Assembly: GCA_964291295.2 (NCBI GenBank)
Contig: OZ219754.1
Span: 1,888,001-1,952,000 of the forward strand
DNA length: 64,000 bases
DNA from: an uncultured Candidatus Binatia bacterium
GTDB lineage: Bacteria; Desulfobacterota; Binatia; UBA9968; JAJDTQ01
Reading direction: 5' to 3'
The position numbers and the translations under genes were made by a program. Below are positions 1-10,016 of this stretch, one piece after another. Under the pieces are notes generated by a model. That model saw only the letters and a list, made by a program, of their open reading frames with translations, was not told where the DNA came from and made no database searches. Within the stretch, counting starts at the first letter, position 1; every line of letters begins with the position of its first letter.

Positions 1-181
1 CCGGAGCGCCGGTAAACCTGCGGGAGCGCCGGGACAGTGCAAGGGGCGCGCCGGCCGCGTTGACAGGTCCGGGCCTGCGTGTTACGAGCCGTCCAGAGAG
101 CCCGAGCCCGGGTGCCACGCCGGGTATCACGCGTGCCGCGCGCAGTCCCCGGGCCGCCGTTCGCAGGATGGAGGAGCCACG

Positions 182-349
182 GTGAAGGAACGGATTCGCG
201 AGATCGACAAGGAATACGGATTCAATCTCGGCGAGGACGAGATCGAGACCATCGCGAAGCAGGCGGAGGAAACCCATCGACTGCTCCAGGAACTCTACAA
301 GGTCGACGTGAACGGGGTCGCGCCCATGGTGAAGAGCGACAGGCGCTGA
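182..349 (+). CDS. 55-aa small protein (GatC/AtzG-like helical subunit?), absent from ORF track
   Basis: GGAGGAG RBS then GTG; MKERIREIDKEYGFNLGEDEIETIAKQAEETHRLLQELYKVDVNGVAPMVKSDRR; ends 25 nt before the M20 gene; LxEDEI...L..VDV.GV.P resembles GatC. Confidence 0.7.
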   Translation: MKERIREIDKEYGFNLGEDEIETIAKQAEETHRLLQELYKVDVNGVAPMVKSDRR

Positions 350-374
350 CCCGCGCCCGCTGTCCCCCGACAAC

Positions 375-1649
375 ATGGACAACAGCACCAGGGAACGCAT
401 TCTCCAGCACATCGACGGCCAGGAACTGGCCGAGTTGACCCGCGATCTGGTGGACATCCCGAGCCCCACCGGATCGGAGAAGGAGATCGGCGAGTTCATT
501 CTCGACTGGTACGGGCGCAACGGCCTCAAGCCCATCCGCCAGGAGATCGACCCCGACCGCATCAACGCGGTGGGCGTGCTCCAGGGCACCGGCGACGGCG
601 TGTCGCTGATGATCAACGGCCACATGGACACGAGCTTTACCGGCCAGGAAGACGATGGGATGCTGTGCCGGCAACTCGAGCCCCGGAGCGAGTTGCGCGG
701 CGCCATCCGCGACGGCAAGGTGTTCGGCCTGGCCGCGTCCAACATGAAGTCGGGCCTTGCGGCGTTCATGGTGGCGGGCAAGGCGCTCCGGCAGAGCGGC
801 GTGGCCATCAAGGGTGATCTGATCCTGGCGGCCGTGGCGGGGGAGATCTCCCGTACCCCCATCGGGCCGTATCAGTCCGGACTGTACCGCGGCGAAGGTA
901 CCGGCACCCGTCATCTGCTGACCTACGGCGTCCAGTCCGACTACGCCATCGTCGCGGACCGCTCGGCGCTGTCCATCGTCTGGACCCAGTGCGGCGTGGC
1001 CCAGTTCAAGATCGACACCTTCGGCAATCCCCACGCGGCTTGGGGCGTCACCCGCCAGCAGGAGCCGCCCGAAGAGCACAACGCGGTGCTGAAGATGGCC
1101 AAGGTGGTGCAGGCGGTGGACGCCTGGGCCGAGCGGTTCGAGGCCAACCATGTCTATCGGTCGGCCAACGGTCCGATCCTCCCCAAGGTCAACCTGGGCT
1201 CGGTGCAGGGGGGCGCTCCCTACCGGCCCAACTACCACCCCGGCATCTGCTCCCTGTACGTGGACGTGCGCATCCCGCCGCAGCTTCGCCCCATCGAGGT
1301 GCAGCGGCAGTTGCGCGCGGTCATGGATGCCACCGGCTACGAGTACGATATCGAGATGTACACGTCGAAGATGGGCTATGAGGCCAAGGGGATCGAACCG
1401 GTGGTGGACGTCATCGAGTCGGCGCACCAGGAGCTGTTCGGCAAGAAGACGACGCCGGCCAACACCTTCCGGTCCAGCATCTGGACCGACACCAACATCT
1501 ACAACGAGATGGGCATTCCCGCCTGCAAGTTCGGCCTCGGCGGCGGCCGCTGGACCACGCGGTCGGAGCAGATCGACATCGACGAGATCGTGCGCGCATC
1601 GCAGATATATGCGCTGTCGGCGGCAACGATATGCAACTGGACCCGGTAG
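375..1649 (+). CDS. M20/ArgE-DapE family metallohydrolase, degenerate metal site
   Basis: DLVDIPSPTGSE, NGHMDT, G-x-SNMKSG, GNPH dimerisation region. Confidence 0.85.
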   Translation: MDNSTRERILQHIDGQELAELTRDLVDIPSPTGSEKEIGEFILDWYGRNGLKPIRQEIDPDRINAVGVLQGTGDGVSLMINGHMDTSFTGQEDDGMLCRQLEPRSELRGAIRDGKVFGLAASNMKSGLAAFMVAGKALRQSGVAIKGDLILAAVAGEISRTPIGPYQSGLYRGEGTGTRHLLTYGVQSDYAIVADRSALSIVWTQCGVAQFKIDTFGNPHAAWGVTRQQEPPEEHNAVLKMAKVVQAVDAWAERFEANHVYRSANGPILPKVNLGSVQGGAPYRPNYHPGICSLYVDVRIPPQLRPIEVQRQLRAVMDATGYEYDIEMYTSKMGYEAKGIEPVVDVIESAHQELFGKKTTPANTFRSSIWTDTNIYNEMGIPACKFGLGGGRWTTRSEQIDIDEIVRASQIYALSAATICNWTR

Positions 1650-1667
1650 CCGCCGCAGGGACGACCC

Positions 1668-2174
1668 ATGGAACCGCAGCTGGCTGAGAAGATCGTCCAG
1701 GGCCTGAAGGCCGCGGGCATCGATTTCATGACGTATCTGCCGGAGAGCCGTCTCAGTCAGATCCTGCCGTTGCTGCGCGACGACGGCACGGTCCGGCTGG
1801 TGGCGGCCGCCAGCGAGCAGGAGGCCGTCACCATCGCCGCGGGCGCGGCCCTCGGAGGCCGGCGAGCGGCCTGCTACATGGAGAGCACCGGCCCCTACGT
1901 GTCCGCCTATTCGCTGCTCACCGTGGGCAAGCAGATGGGCGTGCCGATCCTGCTGCTGATAGGCTTTCTGGGCGGTTTCGCCGATCAGCGGAACAGTTTT
2001 CTCTACGTTACCATCGGCATGCGGATGATCCCCACCCTCGAAGGCCTGGGCCTGGAATACCGCGTGATCGAGAATGCGGAGAATCTCGAGCGGCACATCA
2101 GGGACGCGCAGCGGGTCAGCGACTCCATGCGCGCCCCGGCGGCGTTGATCTTCTCGGGGGATTTCGCCCGATGA
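1668..2174 (+). CDS. TPP-dependent decarboxylase alpha (Pyr) subunit, ComD/sulfopyruvate decarboxylase-like
   Basis: YLPESRL, SEQEAVTIAAGAALGG; ATGA overlap with beta subunit. Confidence 0.8.
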   Translation: MEPQLAEKIVQGLKAAGIDFMTYLPESRLSQILPLLRDDGTVRLVAAASEQEAVTIAAGAALGGRRAACYMESTGPYVSAYSLLTVGKQMGVPILLLIGFLGGFADQRNSFLYVTIGMRMIPTLEGLGLEYRVIENAENLERHIRDAQRVSDSMRAPAALIFSGDFAR

Positions 2175-2773
2175 TCCGGCGCGACTGCCTCGAACTCATG
2201 GCGCCGTTGATGACCGATCAACTGGTGCTCTCCTCCCAGAGCGGTCAGCGCATCGAGTGGTTCCAGCTGTCCCGACACGAGGGAAACCTGCTGGTGGGAA
2301 TGATGGGATGCGCCACCGGCGTGGGCATGGGCTTGGCACTGGCGCTGCCCCACCGGCGGGTCATCGTGCTGGAATCGGACGGCAGCGTTCTGCTGTCGCT
2401 GTTCAATCTTCCCACTCTGGGCAATCTCCACCTGGACAACCTGACGGTCTTCGTGTTCGACAACGAGGTCTACAGCGGCAGCACCATGAGCGAGCCCACG
2501 GCCACCGCCGGCAAGACCGACCTCGCGGCCATCGCCCGGGCCTCGGGAATCGATAACGCCGTGACCGTGGACGACCTCGACGGCTTCAGGAAGCACGGTC
2601 TGCCCGGGGTCACCGGAGCCGGGCTCCACTATGTGGTGTGCAAGGTCGAGGAGAGCCTCTGGCACCGCCAGATCCCGCGCCCCGACGTCGACCTGGCCGA
2701 GTACAAGTACCGGTTCGTTCGTTATATCGAGCGCACCGAGGGCAGGACCCTCCCCTTCGTCGGCCGGGGATAG
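2171..2773 (+). CDS. TPP-dependent decarboxylase beta (PP) subunit, ComE-like
   Basis: GMMG..GMGLALA, SDGS...DNEVY (variant of GDG-x-NN). Confidence 0.8.
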   Translation: MIRRDCLELMAPLMTDQLVLSSQSGQRIEWFQLSRHEGNLLVGMMGCATGVGMGLALALPHRRVIVLESDGSVLLSLFNLPTLGNLHLDNLTVFVFDNEVYSGSTMSEPTATAGKTDLAAIARASGIDNAVTVDDLDGFRKHGLPGVTGAGLHYVVCKVEESLWHRQIPRPDVDLAEYKYRFVRYIERTEGRTLPFVGRG

Positions 2774-2875
2774 GGACTGTGCAGGCGCGGACCGTGCACG
2801 CGCTCGAAACCGGACATTCCGGATGTTTCGGATGTTCCGAAGGGATCCGATCAAGTCACAAGGAGGTGCATCACC

Positions 2876-3388
2876 ATGCCAACCAACGCCGAAGCGGTAA
2901 AACGGCAGGAAGCGGAGAAGACCGAGTACGATTGGGGCACGCTCTGGCCCCACTACCACAAGGAGAAGATGAACTGGGCCACCGGGTTTCGCACCCGCGG
3001 CGACGTGGACATCCTGTTCCTCTCCGGTTCCACCGGACGCGACCCTTTCGAGGACGCGCCCTGCCGGGAGCCCAACCAGGAGCGGGAAGGCCGCGGCAAG
3101 GTGGTGGGCGGCATCAGGGAGCAGACCCGTCAGGCTTGGCAGGACATCAAGGACAACCTCGAGATGATGGGCGCGGAGCTGAAGCACATCGTCATGCTCC
3201 GCTACTTCCTCGCGCGGCGCCAGGACGTGTTCGACATGCGTGACGAGATGTATGCGTTCTTCGAGGAGCACGAGCCCGACCTGCGCGCGCATCCCCGCCC
3301 CGCGACGCTGCTGCGCGGCGTCGGTATCGACCTGCAGGACATGCTGATCGAGATCGAGGCGTGGGCGGCGGTGCCGCGGAAGAAGTAG
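2876..3388 (+). CDS. Rid/YjgF family protein lacking the catalytic Arg
   Basis: LFLSG, GGIREQTRQAW, PATLL, LIEIEAWA; AGGAGG RBS. Confidence 0.85.
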   Translation: MPTNAEAVKRQEAEKTEYDWGTLWPHYHKEKMNWATGFRTRGDVDILFLSGSTGRDPFEDAPCREPNQEREGRGKVVGGIREQTRQAWQDIKDNLEMMGAELKHIVMLRYFLARRQDVFDMRDEMYAFFEEHEPDLRAHPRPATLLRGVGIDLQDMLIEIEAWAAVPRKK

Positions 3389-3490
3389 CCGCGGTGGTGG
3401 CCTGAAACGCGATGCGGGGCTCTGTCGCCGGCCGGCGGCCCCCCGCATCCCTCCGGGCGCCGCCCGGCTCCCACGGCCGGTCCCCGGGTT

Positions 3491-4264
3491 TTACGGCCAG
3501 TCCAGTTCCGCCACCACCGGCGCGTGGTCGGACGGCTTCGAACCCTTGCGCTCGTCCCGGTCGACACCGGCCCACGTGGTTCGCGCCGCCAGTTCCGGGG
3601 TGGCAAGAATGTGGTCGATGCGCAGCCCCTGGTTGCGTGGAAACGCCAGTTGGCGGTAGTCCCACCACGAATAGAGCCCCGGCTCGGGATTGTGCATCCG
3701 CACCACGTCCCGGAGGCCCCATTCAACGAGCCGCGTCATCATGTCGGTCATGTCGGGATTGAAGAGCACGGTGCCGCGCCACGCGTCCGGCTCCGCCACG
3801 TCCGCCGCGTCCGGCGCGATGTTGAAGTCCCCCGAGATCAGCAGGGGCGTTTCGGGAACGCGGGTTCGGTCCAGGTACGCCATCAGGCGCTCAAGCCATT
3901 CCCGCTTGTAGACGTACTTGTCCGAATCGATGCGGTTGCCGTTGGGGACATAGACCGACACGAACCGCACGCCCCGGATCATCGCGGAGATGCAGCGCGC
4001 CTGCGGATCGTCGGCGCCGTCGTCGAAGCCCACGCGCACATCCTCGATAGGTTCCCGCGAAAGGATGGCGACGCCGTTGTAGGTCTTCTGTCCGTGCACC
4101 GCGGCGTGATAGCCCCGCTCCTGCACCGCCTGGGAGGGAAACTGCGCGTCGGTGACCTTGGTCTCCTGAAGACAGACCACGTCCGGGCTCTGGCGCGACA
4201 GCCAGCGCCACAGGCGCTCGTCCCGCGCCCGGATCGAATTCAGGTTCCACGTGACGACTTTCAA
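3491..4264 (-). CDS. xth: Exodeoxyribonuclease III
   Basis: TWNLNSIR, LQETK, YVPNG, GDFN, SWWDYR, GLRIDH, PSDHAP. Confidence 0.95.
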   Translation of the reverse strand: MKVVTWNLNSIRARDERLWRWLSRQSPDVVCLQETKVTDAQFPSQAVQERGYHAAVHGQKTYNGVAILSREPIEDVRVGFDDGADDPQARCISAMIRGVRFVSVYVPNGNRIDSDKYVYKREWLERLMAYLDRTRVPETPLLISGDFNIAPDAADVAEPDAWRGTVLFNPDMTDMMTRLVEWGLRDVVRMHNPEPGLYSWWDYRQLAFPRNQGLRIDHILATPELAARTTWAGVDRDERKGSKPSDHAPVVAELDWP

Positions 4265-4305
4265 TGGCTCCTCCCGTCTCCGTTACCCCCGCGGCATGAC
4301 GCGGC

Positions 4306-5115
4306 TCAGGCCCCCGCCGTCCAGTAGCGGCCGTTGTGCCGCCTCAGGACAAGCGGCGTCTCGTAGAGCTTCTGAAGCAGATTTTCGGTGATGACCCTGG
4401 CCGTGTCTCCCGATTGCAGGATCCGACCGCCCTTGAGGACGAGGGTCTTCTCGAAGGCGGGCAGGATCTCCTCGACGTGGTGCGTGACGTAGACCAGCGC
4501 GGTGGCGCCGCTGGTGCGCCCGAGCTCCTGGAGCGCCGCCAGCAGGCCTTCCCGCGCGCCCGGGTCCAGCCCGGCGCAGGGCTCGTCCAGGAACATCAGG
4601 CCAGGCCGGGCCATCAGCGCGCGGCTGATGAGGACTTTCTGCTGTTCTCCCTGGGAAAGCGTGCCAAAGGCCTGGTCCTTCAACCGCAGGCATCCCATGC
4701 GCGCCATGATGGCCTCGGCCCGGGCGAAGTCTTCGTCCACCGGGCGGACCGCGGCCATTTCCATCAGGCCGATCTGGGCGAACTTTCCCGACACCACCGT
4801 TCGCAACGCCCCCTCCCGCCCGGGGATCCGGGAGGTCAGGGATGCCGTGACCCAGCCGATGCTCTGGCGCAGCTCCCGGAGGTCCACCCGCGGGCTGCCG
4901 TTGCGGTGGACCACCCCGCCCTGGTTGGGCCACAGATAGCCGCACGCCATCTTCAGCAGCGTGGTCTTGCCCGACCCGTTGGGTCCCAGGATTACCCAGT
5001 GCTCGCCCGGGCCGACGCGCCAGTCGATGGAGTCGAGAATCGCGCGTCCGCCCGCCGCGTAGGAGACGTTCCGAATGTCGAGGGGGGCGGCCGTGTTCAT
5101 GACTGCCGTATTCAT
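4306..5115 (-). CDS. ABC ATP-binding protein (YlmA/ModF-like)
   Basis: GPNGSGKTT, LSQGEQQ, LDEPCAGLD, VTHH. Confidence 0.9.
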   Translation of the reverse strand: MNTAVMNTAAPLDIRNVSYAAGGRAILDSIDWRVGPGEHWVILGPNGSGKTTLLKMACGYLWPNQGGVVHRNGSPRVDLRELRQSIGWVTASLTSRIPGREGALRTVVSGKFAQIGLMEMAAVRPVDEDFARAEAIMARMGCLRLKDQAFGTLSQGEQQKVLISRALMARPGLMFLDEPCAGLDPGAREGLLAALQELGRTSGATALVYVTHHVEEILPAFEKTLVLKGGRILQSGDTARVITENLLQKLYETPLVLRRHNGRYWTAGA

Positions 5116-5154
5116 GTTGCCGAGTCGTCCTGGATGCAATGTCGTCCACCGCGC

Positions 5155-5178
5155 GTCAATCCCCGCGCAAGCGGGGTG
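5155..5178. repeat. REP-like palindrome
   Basis: gtcaatCCCCGCgcaaGCGGGG, similar to the element at 42676. Confidence 0.45.
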
Positions 5179-5387
5179 GCGGAAGGAATCGCGGCGATCG
5201 TGTTGTCATCCCGATGCGAAAGTTCTAGATAGCATGACCATGCGAAGACTCGAAGGCCGGACACGACCGGGAGCGGGCATGGACTCGACCAGGGAACCGG
5301 TTCCGCGAAGGCGATGGCGGAAGTGGGTGCCGGCGAGATCGGGCCGTTGGACCGGACCGTGCCCATGACCGATCTGCCCGCGGGCGA

Positions 5388-6563
5388 ATGGAGTCGATGA
5401 TGCGTCATGCGCTCCGGCGTCGGATGAGGGCCGGTGCAATTTCTCTCCTGATCGTCCTCCCGGGCTTCGCCGGGTCCGGCACCGTTACCCGTGCCGACAC
5501 GGTCGAACGCACCGAGCGGCACGACGTGCGCCTGCGCATCCTGACCCGCGGACTTGATCGCCCCTGGTCCTTGGCATTTCTGCCCGACGGAGGGCTGCTG
5601 GTGACCGAACGGCGCGGCCGGCTCCGCCATGTCTCCGCCGATGGCACGCTGGATCCCGTTCCCGTTTCCGGGCTTCCCGAAGCGGTGGCCGAGCGGCGGC
5701 AGGGCGGACTGCACGATGTGGTGCCGCATCCCCGGTTTCCGGAAAACCGCCTCGTCTATCTCGCCTACGCGGGCAAGGGGAGCGGCGGCTACGGCACGGA
5801 ACTGGCCCGGGGCCGGCTTGACGGCCACCGCCTCACCGGCGTGCAGGTGCTGTTCAGGGCGCGGCCGAAGTCTTGGGGCGGCCGCCACTTCGGCGGCCGT
5901 GTGGTGTTCGACGGCAAGGGGCACGTATTCCTGACCCTGGGGGATCGGGGCCGGCGGTCAAGCGCGCAGGATCCCGGCGACCACGCCGGCTCCGTCATCC
6001 GACTGACCGAGGACGGCCGCGTGCCGCCGGACAACCCCTACCGGTCCGTGGCCGGCGCGAGACCGGAGATCTACACTCTCGGCAACCGCAACATTCAGGG
6101 CGCGGCCATCCATCCGCTCACCGGTGAACCATGGACCCACGAGCACGGTCCGCAGGGGGGTGATGAGATCAACATCATCCGTGCGGGCGTGAACTACGGC
6201 TGGCCGGTGATCACCTATGGCCGGAATTACGGCATCGGCACGCGCATCGGTGAGGGCACGCACAAGGAGGGGATGGCTCAGCCGCTGCATCAGTGGACGC
6301 CGTCCATCGCGCCCTCGGGCATGGCGTTCTACCACGGCGACAAGTTCCCCGGCTGGCGCGGCAATCTGCTGGTGGGTGCGCTCGCCTTCCGCCTGCTGGC
6401 GCGTCTTGAACTCGACGGAGAGCGGGTGGTACGCGAAGAGCGGATGTTGCGCGGGACCCTGGGCCGGATCCGCGACGTACGCGTCGGGCCGGACGGCTAC
6501 GTCTACCTGCTGAGCGACGAGCAGCCCGGGGTGCTGGCGCGGCTCGAGCCGGCCGGCGGTTGA
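5388..6563 (+). CDS. PQQ-dependent soluble sugar (aldose) dehydrogenase, YliI-like
   Basis: PWSLAFLPDG, HFGGR, GNRNIQG, EHGPQGGDEIN, NYGWP, RIRDV; start uncertain (5388-5424). Confidence 0.9.
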   Translation: MESMMRHALRRRMRAGAISLLIVLPGFAGSGTVTRADTVERTERHDVRLRILTRGLDRPWSLAFLPDGGLLVTERRGRLRHVSADGTLDPVPVSGLPEAVAERRQGGLHDVVPHPRFPENRLVYLAYAGKGSGGYGTELARGRLDGHRLTGVQVLFRARPKSWGGRHFGGRVVFDGKGHVFLTLGDRGRRSSAQDPGDHAGSVIRLTEDGRVPPDNPYRSVAGARPEIYTLGNRNIQGAAIHPLTGEPWTHEHGPQGGDEINIIRAGVNYGWPVITYGRNYGIGTRIGEGTHKEGMAQPLHQWTPSIAPSGMAFYHGDKFPGWRGNLLVGALAFRLLARLELDGERVVREERMLRGTLGRIRDVRVGPDGYVYLLSDEQPGVLARLEPAGG

Positions 6564-6723
6564 GGCCTTCGACCCCCGGAGTGGGCGGCGGGGGGCCATC
6601 CCCGCTTGTGCCTCGCGGCGCGGGCCGATGCGTATCGGTCGCATCCTTGGTGGTATCCTTGACCGCATCCTCGGCGGCGTCCTGAGCCCGGTGCGCCGAG
6701 GACGCCGCCGGGCGGCGAAGCGG

Positions 6724-8616
6724 TCAGCCCACCCGCCTGCCGTCTTCGTGGTTGACGGCAATGACCGCGGAACGAGGCACGCTGTTGCCGCCGTCGGGAA
6801 AATGGCTGTTTCCCTTCTCGCCGGGGTGCTGGACGCCGACGAAGAGCGTCCTGCGGTCGGCGCTCCAGGTGATGCCCGTGATTTCGAACTCCTTGGGCCC
6901 GACCATGAAGCGGCGGATCTCACCTGTCGCCGGGTCACCCACCAGCATCTGGTTGTTGCCCTGCCCGCGAAACCCGTCCTTGTTGCCGTAATTCCCGTCG
7001 GTCTGGATCCAGAGCATCCCGTTGCTGTCGAAGGCGAGCCCGTCAGGGGAATTGAACATGTTGCCGGGGTTCACGTTGTCCGAGCCGGCGTTGGCGCCGG
7101 AATGGACGGTGGGATTGCCGGCGACGACATAGAGATCCCACGAGAAACCGGGGGCGAGGTGATTGCCGCCGTCGGGGCGCCAGCGGACGATCTGGCCGTA
7201 GAGATTGCCGGCGCGCGGATTGGGTCCGCCAACCGGAGTCGCATCGCCGCCCTTGTTCGGTTTTTTGCCGCGGTGCTTGTTGTTGGTAAGGCAGCAGTAG
7301 ACCTCGGCCCTGTTCGGGTTCGCCGAGATCCATTCGGGACGGTCCATGGTGGTGGCCCCGACCGTCGAGGCGGCCATCCGGGTGTGTACGCAGATTTCGG
7401 CGAGCGACGACATTCCGGTGGCCTCGGGCACAAGCTCCACCCATCGGCCGCGTCCCGTGTCGGCAAATCTGGCGGCGTACAGCCGCCCGGAATCGAGGAG
7501 ATTCCGGTTGTCTCCACCCTCGGCATGGCGACCGTCGCTGACGAAGCGGTAGAGGAACTCGCCGCGTTCGTCATCGCCCATATAGACGACGGCCCGGCCG
7601 TCGGCCGCGAGCACGAGTTCCGCATTCTCATGCTTGAAGCGGCCGAGCGCGGTCCGCTTTTTCGGAGTGGACGCGGGATCAAGCGGATCGATCTCGACGA
7701 CCCAGCCGGCGCGGTTGGGCTCGTTGGGATGGCGGGCGATATCGAACCGAGGGTCCGCCATCGCCCACGCATGGCCTCGGTCCTTCAGACCGATGCCGTA
7801 GCGCCTGAAGGCGGGGCTGATGGCGAGTTCGGGATCGCTCGAGGAGAAGTAGCCGTTGAAGTTTTCCTCGCAGGCGAGATAGGTGCCCCAGGGTGTGCGC
7901 CCGTTGCCGCAGTTGTTCCACGTGCCGAGGCACCGGGTACCCGACGGGTCGGCTGCGGTCTGGAGCAGCGCGTGGCCCCGTGCCGGTCCGGTGATCTCCA
8001 TCGGGGTGTCGGCGGTGATCCGTCGATTATAGGGCGAGTCCTTGACGATGGACCATGTGCCGCCGCGTTGCGCGACTTCCATCACCGTCAAGCCGTGGCC
8101 AGCCTTGCCCTTGCGCACATCGTCGGCGGTCTTCGGTTTGCCGCTGCCGTAGAAGATGCCGAGATTGACATACTCATTGTTGACCGCGAGTACATGGCGG
8201 CCGCCCGTGGTGAACAGCGCCATGCCGTCGATGTTGTCGCCGACGGCGCGTTCCTGGCTTGCGCCGGTGCCGCGCGTGCGGGCGTCGAACGCCACCCCGT
8301 CCGACCACAGCGGGTCGCCCCATCTGGCGACGACATGCCAGCGATAGCCCTTCGCCAACGTGATCGTGTCGAGGGTATTGGCGGGAACCGGCGAAAAGCC
8401 GAGACGGTTGCGCGCCGCCAAGGCCGCCATGGGATTGACGGCGGCGGTGACGAAGGCCGCGGCCCCGAAAGCCACACCCATGCCGAGCAGTGTGCGGCGT
8501 GACAGCCGCCGTTCGACCAGACGCTCGAAATCCGTTTCCACCAGAGCCGATTCACCGGCTTCGTCGAATCCGTGGTTGAAGGTTGCCCTGGTTTCCATGC
8601 GTTTTGTGCGGTGCAT
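6724..8616 (-). CDS. phoX: PhoX family alkaline phosphatase, Tat-exported
   Basis: SRRTLL Tat motif, NNCGNG.TPWGTYL.CEEN, GRFKHE, MDRPE, SPDG, VQHPG; GGAGG before ATG 8616. Confidence 0.92.
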   Translation of the reverse strand: MHRTKRMETRATFNHGFDEAGESALVETDFERLVERRLSRRTLLGMGVAFGAAAFVTAAVNPMAALAARNRLGFSPVPANTLDTITLAKGYRWHVVARWGDPLWSDGVAFDARTRGTGASQERAVGDNIDGMALFTTGGRHVLAVNNEYVNLGIFYGSGKPKTADDVRKGKAGHGLTVMEVAQRGGTWSIVKDSPYNRRITADTPMEITGPARGHALLQTAADPSGTRCLGTWNNCGNGRTPWGTYLACEENFNGYFSSSDPELAISPAFRRYGIGLKDRGHAWAMADPRFDIARHPNEPNRAGWVVEIDPLDPASTPKKRTALGRFKHENAELVLAADGRAVVYMGDDERGEFLYRFVSDGRHAEGGDNRNLLDSGRLYAARFADTGRGRWVELVPEATGMSSLAEICVHTRMAASTVGATTMDRPEWISANPNRAEVYCCLTNNKHRGKKPNKGGDATPVGGPNPRAGNLYGQIVRWRPDGGNHLAPGFSWDLYVVAGNPTVHSGANAGSDNVNPGNMFNSPDGLAFDSNGMLWIQTDGNYGNKDGFRGQGNNQMLVGDPATGEIRRFMVGPKEFEITGITWSADRRTLFVGVQHPGEKGNSHFPDGGNSVPRSAVIAVNHEDGRRVG

Positions 8617-8781
8617 GTCTGTCCTCCCCGTGCCGCGTCCGCGGCGGTTGTCGACAACAGTCGGTACGACTGCAATGAGACTGTTGCCCCAGAATAGACC
8701 GCAGACGTTGCTCCGTCGTGACCGGAGCATTACGGGAAGATGAAAAACGGGGGGGCGTCGCGCCGCCGGCACCGGCGCCGG

Positions 8782-9881
8782 CTATTTCCCGGGCGGCGTT
8801 TCGGTGGCCGGTTCCATGCCGGCAAGCCGGCGGCGGGAGAGGTCCCGGTGGAGCTCGTACCATTCCTTGCCAAGGTGGACGAGCTTGCCCCCCGCCGCAC
8901 AGAGACCCAGGACCGCCAGCGGTGCCATCACCGGGGCCGCGACAGGGATGACGGCGGGGAAGGACAGTGCGATGCCATCAGGCCGGAGACCGACGCTCCG
9001 ACGGCAGCCGATCTGGCCGCCTCCCGGCCGAGGCGCCGATACATCTCGTCCCGGGCGATCTCGCCGCGTTGATACGCAAGCCCCAACTCCAGGGACGAGA
9101 GCACGCACGTGACCGCGGCGCCCGCGAGGCCGCCGGTGAACACTTGCGATGCGGCTTCTTCAAGTACCGCCTGGAACGCCACAACCGAAAGAACCTGTTC
9201 CGCCGCGTGGAACTCGGCCGCGGTCATCGGCTGCGCGCCTCTGGCACGATTCAGGCCCGCGAGTTCGAAGATCCCGTTGGCGGCATCATTGCCGCCACCC
9301 TGGCTGTAGGGAAGGATGTGGCTCCAGTCGAATCCGTCAAGCCGCTTGGCGACTTCCTCCGGGCCCAGGGCGCGCAACTGTTCCGGTATGGTTTCCCATA
9401 CGAGACGGGCCTGCTCGAGGCTTCTGTCGATGCCCCTGGTCCCGGCGCTGAGGAACCTGGCTGCGTATTCCGTGGGGGCCAAGGCGCTCCAGTCGAGGTT
9501 CCCGGCCCAGGCGGTCAGCGCCTGGTGAGTCGCACCGAGCCCTCCGGCAGCGCTGGACATGCCGTTGCGGACCGCGGCATCCACCTTGCCGGCGCCGGTG
9601 GTGACACCCTCCGCGGCGCGTGCGGCGCCGGTGCCGACGGCGGTGACGGTCACGTCTGCCGCCGATCGTGCCGCGCGGGCAGCCTGCCTTGCGCGGCCGC
9701 CGGCGACCTGCAGGGGCGTTCTCTTGGGTTCGCGCAATTTCAGGACGCCCTGTTCAAGGGCGTCCTGGACCCCACGCACCGCAGTGCTGTCGCCCTCACG
9801 CAGCGCCCACTCCATCTGCCGCAGCCGGGCCCGTGCCAGTTCCCGGTCGAATCCGTGTGGTTCCGGCGGTTTCTCGGTCAT
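8782..9881 (-). pseudogene. HNH-like motif protein with hydrophobic C-terminus, frameshifted near 8975
   Basis: DWSHILPYSQGGGNDAANG...NRARG; first frame degrades after GASVSGLMA while another frame continues IALSFPAVIPVAAPVMAPLAVLG...KEWYE to stop at 8782. Confidence 0.6.
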
Positions 9882-10016
9882 GGCGGCCACGGTACCCGTC
9901 CATGACCTTCGATGCAACCGGCGCGGGATGGAGTCGTGGAGCGAAACCGCGGCCTGTCCGGTGGAGTCCTGGAGCGGGCTGTGCCCGCGTGTGGAGGGTG
10001 CGGCCGGGTGGCCCGG

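Noticed and set aside
347-375. UGA readthrough from the 55-aa ORF into the M20 gene
   Set aside because: The two genes are in different frames and there is no SECIS-like hairpin.
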